Below, in pieces: positions 26,778 to 36,000 of a stretch of 64,000 bases of DNA (position 1 is its first letter; every line of letters begins with the position of its first letter). A model generated the notes under the pieces. That model had not been told where the DNA came from. It was given only the letters and a program-made list of their open reading frames with translations, and searched no databases. Source of the DNA: Gemmatimonadota bacterium (GTDB lineage: Bacteria > Gemmatimonadota > Gemmatimonadetes > Gemmatimonadales > GWC2-71-9). A program made the translations under genes and the position numbers. The stretch covers positions 356 to 64,355 of the forward strand of contig JBDHEI010000027.1 of assembly GCA_039591075.1 (NCBI GenBank). The letters are read 5' to 3'.

Positions 26778-27370
26778 TCTCGATGGTCCTCCACGAGTTG
26801 CGGATGTCGTTCCAGCATGCGGCTGCGGATCGCCCGGCGGGCGCGGAACAGGTGCGCGCGAACCGTGTTGGGGTTCATCTCGAGCAATGCGCTCGCTTCG
26901 ATTGGGGTCATGCCCTGCAAGTCCACGAGATTGAACACCTCCCGCTGCATCCGGGGCAGGTTCCGAAACAGCGCCATGATCGCGTCCACCGTGTCGGCGC
27001 GCTGCATCGCGTCGACGGGGTCAGGCGGCTCGACCGGCGTCGGGATTCCCCCGTGGGCCGCGCGCGCAGCGAGCTTCGAGCGACGGCGGTGTCGCCGCCG
27101 ATGGTCGATGACGAGGTTGCGCGTCACCTGATACAGCCACGTCGTAAATCGCGACTGAAACCGGTACCGACCGAGATCGGCGTGAAGCCGGATGAGCACG
27201 TCCTGCGCGACGTCGTCGGCCTCGTCCGGATGCCCCGTCTGTGCGACTGCCCAGCGGTACACCTGTGCATGACACTGCTCGGCCAGCTGGCTGAAGGCAT
27301 GTCGGTCTCCGGCCTGGGACCGTCTCACCAGCGGTTCCAGCAGCGCGTTGAGCTGTTCGAGCCCGCTCAC
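26774..27370 (-). CDS. ECF sigma factor
   Basis: ADDVAQDV, FTTWLYQVTRN, LPRMQREVF, NTVRAHLFRAR. Confidence 0.93.
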   Translation of the reverse strand: MSGLEQLNALLEPLVRRSQAGDRHAFSQLAEQCHAQVYRWAVAQTGHPDEADDVAQDVLIRLHADLGRYRFQSRFTTWLYQVTRNLVIDHRRRHRRRSKLAARAAHGGIPTPVEPPDPVDAMQRADTVDAIMALFRNLPRMQREVFNLVDLQGMTPIEASALLEMNPNTVRAHLFRARRAIRSRMLERHPQLVEDHRE

Positions 27371-27402
27371 GGGTGATCCCGGTCCGCCCTCATTCCGATC
27401 TT

Positions 27403-27432
27403 GAGACGTCCGAGCCGGCCATGGCGTTTACC
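27403..27432 (-). promoter_or_regulatory. Putative autoregulatory ECF promoter
   Basis: Minus strand GTAAAC-17 nt-CGTC, typical AAC/CGT spacing, ~35 nt upstream of the sigma gene. Confidence 0.45.
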
Positions 27433-27440
27433 GACAGAGA

Positions 27441-27468
27441 CCCCGCGACCGGTATGCCGGCCGCGGGG
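27441..27468. terminator. GC hairpin downstream of apbE
   Basis: ccccgcgaccgg-tatg-ccggccgcgggg. Confidence 0.5.
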
Positions 27469-27478
27469 CCAAGGAAGG

Positions 27479-27648
27479 GGTGAAACGTGAAGTACAAAAT
27501 GTGGGCTGTTGAGCAGCGGTGAGCTGGAAAAGCTCGGTCACATTTCACGCTTCACGTTTCACCTTTTCTCTCGTTCTCGTCTTCCCGTCTCTCTCGTCGC
27601 TCCCCGTTTCCCTTTTCGCTTCCCGCTTCCCACTTCGCGCTTCCCGCT
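27479..27648. repeat. Heptamer-repeat palindromic element
   Basis: 14-bp inverted repeat ggtgaaacgtgaag (27479-27492)/cttcacgtttcacc (27550-27563), then degenerate ttcccgc/ttcccac/ttcgcgc heptamers. Confidence 0.75.
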
Positions 27649-28627
27649 ACACCACCTCCACCCCCGAACGCCCCAGTAGCGCCTTGGCAGCGGCCGTCGG
27701 CAGCCCGAACACCGCGGTGGCGGCTGCATCGGCCGCGAGGCACGACGGGCCCCGGACGGTGACGCTATGCACCGCTGTCACGCGGGGTGCCCCTGTCGAG
27801 GGATCGAGCAGGTGATGGTACACGCGGCCGCCGTACTGAAAGGCGCGCAGATAGTCACCCGACGTGGCGACGGCGGCGTCACTCACCGTGATCCTTCCTG
27901 ACAGCATCCGGGGATCCTCTGGAGATCGGATGCCGACCGTCCACGAGTCGCCGTCCTCACAGGTGCCGAGCGCGTAGAGATCCCCGCCGACGTTCACCAG
28001 GCCACGGCGTATGCCCCAATCGCGCAGCGCCGCCACCGCGCGGTCCACACCGTACCCCTTGCCGATGCCACCCAGGTCGATCGCCACGTCGGGATCGGTG
28101 AACCGCACGCGAGCCATATCGCCCCAGCGATCGAGGTCCAGTCCCCGATACAGCACTCGGCCGGCGAGGCGCCGAACGTCCGCAGCGGCTGGCGGTGCCT
28201 GTCGGTGCTCCACGTCCCACAGCGTCGCCGCCCGCCCCAGACACGGATCGAACCTGCCCTCGCTCGTTTCGGCCCACTGCAGGGCTTCGGCCAGGACGAA
28301 TCCAGTGTCGTCGGATACCGAAACGGCATCCTGGGCCGCTGCCGCATTGGCCCGACCCACGTCCGACGTGGCCGTGAACCGCGTCATCAGGCGCTCGGTG
28401 CGCCGCAGTTCCGCAAACGCCGCATCGATGGCCGCCTGGGCGTACCCGGGGTGGGCATGCACCACGCCGACCTCCGCGACGGTACCCATGACGGGGATTG
28501 TGCGCCGTATCAGACGCGACCGCCGTGCTCGGAGGAAGGGCACGGCGCTCACCACAAAGGCGCCGACGCCGAGCGCGATCACCTCGCGCCGAGTGGGGTG
28601 ACGCACGGGAGAATTATCCTGTTCCAT
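27647..28627 (-). CDS. apbE: FAD:protein FMN transferase
   Basis: Twin-arginine-like TRREVIALG; VMGT, GRFDP, DLGGIGKGYGVD, VNVGGD, ATSGDY, HHLLDP..G, ADAAATA. Confidence 0.95.
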   Translation of the reverse strand: MEQDNSPVRHPTRREVIALGVGAFVVSAVPFLRARRSRLIRRTIPVMGTVAEVGVVHAHPGYAQAAIDAAFAELRRTERLMTRFTATSDVGRANAAAAQDAVSVSDDTGFVLAEALQWAETSEGRFDPCLGRAATLWDVEHRQAPPAAADVRRLAGRVLYRGLDLDRWGDMARVRFTDPDVAIDLGGIGKGYGVDRAVAALRDWGIRRGLVNVGGDLYALGTCEDGDSWTVGIRSPEDPRMLSGRITVSDAAVATSGDYLRAFQYGGRVYHHLLDPSTGAPRVTAVHSVTVRGPSCLAADAAATAVFGLPTAAAKALLGRSGVEVV

Positions 28628-28790
28628 GCGAAGTCTCCGATTGCTCGTGGAGCAGCTCACACATATTGCAGTCGCGGCCATCCGACTTGAGTCCGCACGA
28701 GCCGCAGCGGTCCTGATGGCCCTTGCGGTTCATCAGGCCGAACACGATCGCCAGCGCGGCGAGTCCGAGGATACCAAGTGCTTCGTTCAT
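28614..28790 (-). CDS. 58-aa single-TM Cys-rich peptide (NqrM-like / FeoB-associated-like)
   Basis: MNEALGILGLAALAIVFGLMNRKGHQDRCGSCGLKSDGRDCNMCE...; ATG overlaps the rnfA stop, end overlaps the apbE start. Confidence 0.7.
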   Translation of the reverse strand: MNEALGILGLAALAIVFGLMNRKGHQDRCGSCGLKSDGRDCNMCELLHEQSETSHGTG

Positions 28791-29365
28791 GACGAGCTCA
28801 ACAGGCCGGCGAAGCCCATGAACGCAAGCGATAGGCTCCCGGCGATGATCAGCACCAGCGCCATCCCCTTGGCGAGGGCCGGGACGTCTGCCATCTCGCT
28901 CGATTCGCGAATCGACGCCATCAGCACCAGGGCGAGCGTCAAACCGAGCCCACCGCCGATGGCGAAGAACAGCCCCTCCACGAGGTTGTAGCCGCGATTG
29001 GTCTGGAAGATCGCGAGTCCGAGGATGGCGCAGTTCGTGGTGATGAGCGGCAGGTAGATCCCGAGCTGCCGGAACAGCACGGGGCTCACCTTCTTGATCA
29101 CCATCTCGACGATCTGCACCAGCGAGGCGATCACCACGATGAACGAGATCAGCCGAAGATACGGCGCGTATGGCAGGATGAAGGTGTTGAGGAACCACGC
29201 GCACACCGAGGCGATCACGAGCACGAAGATGTCGGCCAGTCCGAGGCGCAGAGCCGTGGAGACGCGTGCCGACACCCCCATGAAAGGACACAGACCCAGG
29301 AAGTAGGCGAGAGTGAAGTTGTTCACCACCATCGCGGAGAGCAGGATCCAGAACAGCTCGCCCAT
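28787..29365 (-). CDS. rnfA: Rnf complex subunit A
   Basis: NNFTLAYFLGLCPFMGVS, LGIYLPLITTNCAILG, SLAFMGF. Confidence 0.95.
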   Translation of the reverse strand: MGELFWILLSAMVVNNFTLAYFLGLCPFMGVSARVSTALRLGLADIFVLVIASVCAWFLNTFILPYAPYLRLISFIVVIASLVQIVEMVIKKVSPVLFRQLGIYLPLITTNCAILGLAIFQTNRGYNLVEGLFFAIGGGLGLTLALVLMASIRESSEMADVPALAKGMALVLIIAGSLSLAFMGFAGLLSSS

Positions 29366-30024
29366 CACGCCGCCTCCTCCCGTGCACCTACGCCGTGCGG
29401 CCACTCGCGCACGCGTGCGCGCTCCACCCGGCGCTTCTCGATCCATCCGAACAGGAGCAGCCAGAAGCCGAGGGTGAGAAAGCCACCGGGCGGCAGTATG
29501 AAGATGACCCACGGCTCGAATGGGCCAGGAATGACTTTCATACCGAGCAGCGTGCCGGTGCCCAGGATCTCGCGGATCGACCCCATCATCAGCATCGCGA
29601 TGATGAAGCCAAACCCGGTGCCGAAGGCGTCGAGCAGTGATCGGCCGATGGGATTCTTCGAGGCAAAGGCTTCCTGTCGGCCCAGTATCATGCAGTTCAC
29701 CACGATCAGCGCGACGAAGGCTCCCAGCGCTTTGTGGATGTCGGGGACCAGTGCCTCGAGCGTCATGTCGGCCACCGTGACGAACGTCGCGATGATCAGG
29801 ATGTACGTCGATATCCGCACCTCACCAGGCACCGCCTTCTTCACGATCGACACGAGCAGGCTCGATCCGGTGAGCACGAAGAACGTCGCGATTCCCATGA
29901 CGAGCGAGTTCTCTACGGTGTTGCTCACTGCCAAGGCCGGGCACAGGCCTAGCATCTGGATCAAGACCGGGTTCTCGCGCCAGATGCCGCGGAAGAAATC
30001 CTGTTGCGGCGACGTCTTGCTCAT
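29365..30024 (-). CDS. rnfE: Rnf complex subunit E
   Basis: ENPVLIQMLGLCPALAV, LIVVNCMILGR.EAFA, REILGTG, LPPGGF. Confidence 0.95.
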   Translation of the reverse strand: MSKTSPQQDFFRGIWRENPVLIQMLGLCPALAVSNTVENSLVMGIATFFVLTGSSLLVSIVKKAVPGEVRISTYILIIATFVTVADMTLEALVPDIHKALGAFVALIVVNCMILGRQEAFASKNPIGRSLLDAFGTGFGFIIAMLMMGSIREILGTGTLLGMKVIPGPFEPWVIFILPPGGFLTLGFWLLLFGWIEKRRVERARVREWPHGVGAREEAA

Positions 30025-30701
30025 TGCGCGACCTCCGCACTCGCCGGACCCGTCGCGGCAGCTTGATACGACTCGAGCATCGGTCCCATCCGTTGGAGCG
30101 CGTTGTTGATGATCTTGATCACCGTGCGCGATGAGATGGTGGCGCCCGTGATCATGTCCACCTCGTGCGGGTCTCCCGTGCTTTGACGGGGCTTCACCCC
30201 CGTCAGCGGCGTCTGCACACCGTCGAATTGCGAGACGAAGTCGACGTTCTTCTCGATCTTGTCGCCGAGCCCCGGGGTCTCCTTGCTCTCGAGCACCTTC
30301 ATGCCCAGCAGCGTCTGCGTCGCATGGTCGTAGCCAAAGATGAGCCGCACGATGTCCTGAAACCCCGGCTCGCCGGACGCGATCGCAAACCCGATAGGGG
30401 TGCCGTCGGCGTGATAGCCAAAGTAGATCTGCTCGACCTTCCTCGGATCGGCCCCGGCCGGCAGCTGACGCGTGAGCGTCCCCTGATAGACGTAGAGCGT
30501 GTCGTAGTGATCGGGTGCCTTGAGCACCTCCTGGATCGCCGCTGCCAGGCGCTCGGCCCGGTTGCGCTCGATGGTGGGCAGCGTCGCCTGGTAGACGAAC
30601 ACCAGCACGAACCCCGCCAGGGCGCCGGCCAGTCCCAGGGTCACCAACAGGCGCCACGCCGGGACGTCGGGCTTTGGCTGGAACTGCGCGGGGCCGCTCA
30701 T
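30021..30701 (-). CDS. rnfG: Rnf complex subunit G (FMN-binding)
   Basis: N-terminal TM; ETPGLGDKI; flavinylation motif DMITGATISS. Confidence 0.93.
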   Translation of the reverse strand: MSGPAQFQPKPDVPAWRLLVTLGLAGALAGFVLVFVYQATLPTIERNRAERLAAAIQEVLKAPDHYDTLYVYQGTLTRQLPAGADPRKVEQIYFGYHADGTPIGFAIASGEPGFQDIVRLIFGYDHATQTLLGMKVLESKETPGLGDKIEKNVDFVSQFDGVQTPLTGVKPRQSTGDPHEVDMITGATISSRTVIKIINNALQRMGPMLESYQAAATGPASAEVAQ

Positions 30702-31699
30702 TCCGTCACCTTCACGGCATGCGTCCCGAACACCCTGGGTTGCGTGGCGCGGTTGATGAACGGCACCATCGCATTCATGAGCAAGATGGCGTACATCACC
30801 CCTTCGGCGAGCCCGCCCCACAGCCGGATGACCACCACGAGCACTCCGATGCCGAAGCCGTAGAGCCAGCACCCGCGGTTGGTGACCGGCGAGGTCACCA
30901 TGTCGGTGGCCATGTAGACCGCGCCGAGCATGAGACCGCCCGAGAACAACATGAACAGCGCCTCCGGAAACGCCGGGTTGAGCCAATGCGTGAGCGTGGC
31001 AAGCGCCGCGACGGTGAGGAAGATGCTGATCGGAATGCGCCAGTTCAGGTAGTTCCGCCACGCCAGGTAGGCACCGCAGAGCAGAATCAGGATGCCTGCC
31101 GTCTCACCCAGCGACCCGCCGGTGGCCCCGATCATGAGCTTGCCCAGTTCCGTGCCCTCCTGCTCGAACTTCATGAGTCCGAGCGGCGTAGCGCTGGTGA
31201 GCACGTCCACCTCGCCCGGACTCATGAGGGGCAGCGCCAGATTGTCGCCCCGGAGCGCCCACCAGTTCTCGCGAATCACGGGCCACGTGGTGAGCGCCAC
31301 GGGGAACGCCGCCTGCAGGAACGCGCGGCCCAGTAGTGCCGGGTTGAAGATGTTCTGGCCCAGCCCGCCGAAGATGAGTTTCCCGAATCCAATGGCGAAC
31401 GCGCCGCCCACGAAGGCCATCCACATCGGGAGTCCGGCCGGCAGGCAGAGGCCGAGCAACAGGCCCGTGATCACCGCGGAGCCGTCGAACAGCGTCTCCC
31501 GGTTCCCGAACAGCCATTCGGTCGCGAGACACCCCGCGAGGGCCGCGATGAGGACCAGCACGGCGCTCGGGCCGAAATAGTAGATGGCCGCCACGATCAC
31601 CGGGATGAGCGAGACGTTCACCGTCCACATGATCCGCGGCGTACTGTCGCGCTCGGCCAGGTGCGGCCACGCGGTGATGAGCAGGCGTGGCGTGGTCAT
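30698..31699 (-). CDS. rnfD: Rnf complex subunit D
   Basis: DGSAVITGLLL, FGGLGQNIFNPAL, FMN site TSATPL, GGSLGET, YMATDMVTSP. Confidence 0.95.
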   Translation of the reverse strand: MTTPRLLITAWPHLAERDSTPRIMWTVNVSLIPVIVAAIYYFGPSAVLVLIAALAGCLATEWLFGNRETLFDGSAVITGLLLGLCLPAGLPMWMAFVGGAFAIGFGKLIFGGLGQNIFNPALLGRAFLQAAFPVALTTWPVIRENWWALRGDNLALPLMSPGEVDVLTSATPLGLMKFEQEGTELGKLMIGATGGSLGETAGILILLCGAYLAWRNYLNWRIPISIFLTVAALATLTHWLNPAFPEALFMLFSGGLMLGAVYMATDMVTSPVTNRGCWLYGFGIGVLVVVIRLWGGLAEGVMYAILLMNAMVPFINRATQPRVFGTHAVKVTE

Positions 31700-33036
31700 G
31701 CAGCCTTGGGCTTGGGCGGCTGCCGCTTGAGCTGGTTCTTCGCCAGCGCGAACAGCTGTGTGAGCGGGATATTGGACGGACAGGTGTAGTCGCAGCAGCC
31801 GCAGACCATGCAGTCCATCAGATGGTTCTCCACCATCTCGTCGTACCTGTCGTGCATGGCCAGCTGCCCCAAGAGCTGCGGGTTGAGAAACACGGGACAC
31901 GCGTCCAGGCAGTGCCCGCAGCGGATGCACGGGTACGAGTGCTGGGGCTTCACTTCGGCGCCGGTGAGCGCGATGACCCCGGTCGTGCCCTTGGTGATCG
32001 GCACGTCGAGGCTGGCCTGCGCCGCACCCATCATGGGGCCACCGAACACGATCTCGCGCGCCGTCTCGGTGAGGCCACCGCACGCCTCGAGCAGGTCGCG
32101 CACCTTGGTGCCGACCGGCACGATCAGATTGGCCGGCCGACGCACGCCGGGACCGGTCACCGTCACGATCCGCTCGATGAGCGGCAGGCCTGTCTCGAAC
32201 ACCTCCGCGATGGTGGCCACCGAAGCCACGTTGTGGACGACCACGCCCACGTGCAGCGGCAGCTTACCCGACGGTACCTCGCGGCCGAGCAGCGCCTTGA
32301 TGAGCATCTTCTCGGCCCCCTGCGGGTACTTCACCGTGAGGCCGTGAATGGTGACGTGTCCTTCCAGGTCGTCCGGGAGCGTTGCCCGCAGGCGTTCGAT
32401 CGCGTCTGGCTTGTTCTTCTCGATGCCCACCATCACGCGATCCGCCCCGATCGTCTTCATCATCAACCGGATGCCGAGGTGCACGCGCCCGGGGTATTCC
32501 ACCATCGTGCGGTGATCGGTCGTGAGGTAGGGCTCGCACTCGCACCCGTTGATGACGATTGTGTCGATCGTCACGTCGTCGGGTGGGACGAGCTTGACGT
32601 GGGTGGGGAACGCGGCGCCGCCCAGGCCAACCACACCGGCCTGCCGGACCGCGTCCACCAGTTGCCTGCGGTCCAGGCCGCGCCAGTCGGGGATGATCCG
32701 TTTCCTCGGTACCTGGGCGTCGTATGGGGCCACGGCAATCCGGATCGCGTCCTGGTAGCCGCCTGTCGGGTGCGGCCACAGCTCGATCGCCGTTACGGTC
32801 CCGGCCGCCGAAGTGTGGATCGGCGACGAGATGAACCCGTCGGCTCCGGCAACCTTGTCACCGCGCTCCACGCGGTCCCCGACCCGCACGATGGGCACGG
32901 CCGGCTTCCCCGTGTGCTGACTGAGCGGCAGCACGATCTCGTCGGGGAAGGGGAGCCGGCGGACCGGAATCGCCGCCGTGAGCTGTTTCAGCTCCGGCGG
33001 GTGCACCCCGTGGCGGAACCGCATTCGCTTCGCCAT
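31696..33036 (-). CDS. rnfC: Rnf complex subunit C
   Basis: GVHPPE.K, GLGGAAFPTHVK, NGCECEPYLT.D, KYPQGAEK, GGPMMG, CIRCGHC...CP, CMVCGCC...CP. Confidence 0.96.
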   Translation of the reverse strand: MAKRMRFRHGVHPPELKQLTAAIPVRRLPFPDEIVLPLSQHTGKPAVPIVRVGDRVERGDKVAGADGFISSPIHTSAAGTVTAIELWPHPTGGYQDAIRIAVAPYDAQVPRKRIIPDWRGLDRRQLVDAVRQAGVVGLGGAAFPTHVKLVPPDDVTIDTIVINGCECEPYLTTDHRTMVEYPGRVHLGIRLMMKTIGADRVMVGIEKNKPDAIERLRATLPDDLEGHVTIHGLTVKYPQGAEKMLIKALLGREVPSGKLPLHVGVVVHNVASVATIAEVFETGLPLIERIVTVTGPGVRRPANLIVPVGTKVRDLLEACGGLTETAREIVFGGPMMGAAQASLDVPITKGTTGVIALTGAEVKPQHSYPCIRCGHCLDACPVFLNPQLLGQLAMHDRYDEMVENHLMDCMVCGCCDYTCPSNIPLTQLFALAKNQLKRQPPKPKAA

Positions 33037-33043
33037 GACTCGC

Positions 33044-36000
33044 TCAGTTGAACGGCTCCGCCCGTTTCATCCACTTCTCGAGGTCCTTCTCCTTCGGATT
33101 GAGCGGCGTGCCCGGGTGGATGATGCGCACCGGACACCGCTCGGCGGAGGTCACCAGCTCCTTGAAGCTCCCCGCCTTCGGGTCCTTGATGTACGCCTGC
33201 TTCTTGTCGTCGTAGACGAACATCTTCTTGTTGACCTTGATACACTCCTCACAGCTCGTGCACCGCACCGTGTCGATGTACGGCTCGAGTGCGAGGCCTT
33301 CCTCCTCCTCGACGGCAGGGGCGACGACTGCCGCCGTGGCAACGGACGCGCCACCTCCACTCGGAGCCTGCGCCACGGCGGGTCCGGTGTCGAGGCTCAA
33401 CCCGCCCACATCCAGCTTGATCGGCTGGATCGGCATTGCCTGCACCTCGCTCAGGAGGTCGGCAATGGTGCGCTGGCCGTTGCCGGCCCTGACCAGACCT
33501 TCGGCGAGCCGGTGGGCGACGAGTTGCGGATACCTCTGCTTCAGGTCCGCGATTCTGGCCTCGTACTCCGCCTTGATCTGCGCCGCCTGCGCCTCGAACT
33601 CCTGCTCGGCCTCCACCGAGACGTCCACCGCGAGACCGGCCATCTCCTTGAGCAGCGACCACACGTGGAGCCGGTCCTCGGCCAGCTCCACCATCTCCGA
33701 TGCGACGGCCACGCGGCCGAGCGTGCGGTCGAGCTGGAGCACGTAGATGAACGGGGTCTTGCCCTCACGATCCTCCGGCGATGCTGCCAGGAACTCATGG
33801 AACGGCGTCATGCTGTCCTCATCGACGTCGCCCCTGACGCGCTTGAAGTGCTTCTTGAATCGCGCCTCGGTCGCCGCCCAGTCGGCCGTCGTGACCGGCA
33901 GCTCCATCACCTGCCCTTGGCCGTTCTCGTCCACGTACTTGAGGTCGTAGCTTGGCCACGTGTCGTCGATCGACGGATTGCCGTCGAGCGAGAGCCGCTC
34001 CGCCATCGTGTAGCCATCGGCCGGGTCGTACACGAGTACCGGGTAGGACCGGCTCTCCAGCATGAGCTTCGCCGCGTCGGGCGCCTGATCGTCACCCACC
34101 CCATGCTCGGGCGGGCACGGACAGTGCAGCGCCAGCACCGACGGGTAGCGCGACTGCAGGCTCTTGAGCACGCCGGCCAGTAGGTGCGACGGGTTCGCCT
34201 GTGATGCCTGGAGCACGAACACGTTGCGGTGTGCCATGGCGATCAGCGCCAACTCCTTGCGCGTCTCCTCCTTGCCGTGCTGCGCCGCGCCGTAGGCCGC
34301 CATGTCGCTCACCTGACCCGTGAAGCCGCTGGTGCAGGCCTGGCCGCCCGTGTTCGAGTACACCTGGGTGTCGAGCACCATCACGCGAATCGGTTTCCCC
34401 GACGCCAGGAGCCGCGACATGTTCTGGAACCCGATGTCCAGCATGGCCCCGTCGCCGCCAGTGGCGAAGATGGGCGGACACAGGTCGAACTCTTCGTCGC
34501 TGAACTGCCGCCACTCGAACCGGGTGAAGAACGGCTCGTGGACGGCCGGATCGTACTCTCCGGCCAGTTCCAACTCCCCGCGGCGCACGGCCACGAACCC
34601 GTCGGCCATCTTCCGCATGTGCCCTTCGAAGATGCCGATGGCGATGGACGGCGCATCCTGGAACAGGTGGTTCACCCACGGGAAAGGATAGGGGTTGAAC
34701 GGATAGGTGCTGCCCCATACCGAGGAGCAGCCAGTGGCGTTGGTCATCGCCATGACCGACCGGCCCTTGCCCGTCGGGCCTTCGACGTACCGCCACCTGA
34801 GATCGCGCAGATCGTCGATCATCTTGCGGATCCGCGCCACCGCCTGCTTCTGCTCGTCGTCGAGCGTGATGTCGGCCTTCCCGCCGGCCACGTCCACGGC
34901 GTTCAGATCGGCGTCGGCGGCGAGGAGCGTCCGGGCCTTCGTATCGAGCCCCGCGATCAGCTCGTCCAGTTTCGCGATATGCCGCTTCACCCGCGGCTGC
35001 ATCAATGCGTTCACGGCCGACAGCACCAGGTGCACGACGGTCTTCTCGCCGCAGCCCATGCAGGCGCCGTCGCCGCCGGCCATCGAGCGGTAGGTCTCCT
35101 TCTTGAGCAGGAGCGACGACAGCACGCCGATGCCCTCCTCGATGTCCGACACGTTGACGTACCGGTCGTTGGTGTCGGGCAGCATCTCCCAGAGCCTCCA
35201 GTCCTTGCGGAGCTTGTCGACGATCTCGTCGGTCTGCTTGACCGTGATGAGCGCCTCGTCGGGACACACGTGCACGCAGATGTTGCAGCCCTTACAGGCG
35301 TCCGGATTGATGGTGATCGAGAGCAGCCCGCCCGTGTTCTTCTCGCGTGATTCCGGCAGGTCGAAGAACGCTCCCGTCTTGGCGAGCGGGAAGTCCTCGA
35401 GCGCCGCATAGACGGGTGCGAACTCCGCGTCGAGCGCCGCCCGGCGTTCCGGGTCGAGCTTCATCTTGCCGACCACGGTCTTGTAGGCCTCCGATAACAC
35501 GGCGCCAAACGTCGTGAACGGCACGCCCTTCATGATCTTCCGCGACTCGTTGCCAAGGTGCTTCGTGATCTGGCGCAGGCGATCGAGCGACCGGCCGTTG
35601 GAGACGAACCGGATGGCCGTGTCGAGTACTTCTTCGACCTCGTTCACCAGACCCGGAATGGCGGCGTCGGGGCACTGCACCCAGCACTGCCCGCAACCGG
35701 TGCACTTTTCCGCGATGAACTCCGGGACTTCGAACCGCACGTCCGTCATGTCGCGGATCGTGCTCGTGGCCGCCGGAATCGCGCTCACTGCGGCAAATGG
35801 ATCGGCGATGCCGTCGTCACCGGTCTTGTAGAGGTAGCAGACTTGTTCCCAAAACCGGCCGGGGTTTCCAATGCCGGCCCGGACCTTCGAGCCGTCGAGC
35901 ATTGCGGGCATCTGCGGTGGCGGGATCACCACGTCCTGCGACACGCCGAACGCCTCGATGTCGACCGGCTCCACTTCGTCGTAGCCGCGACGGATTACGC

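Noticed and set aside
27479..27648. Repeat region as a CRISPR array
   Set aside because: Units are degenerate 7-mers without unique spacers; no cas genes in the window
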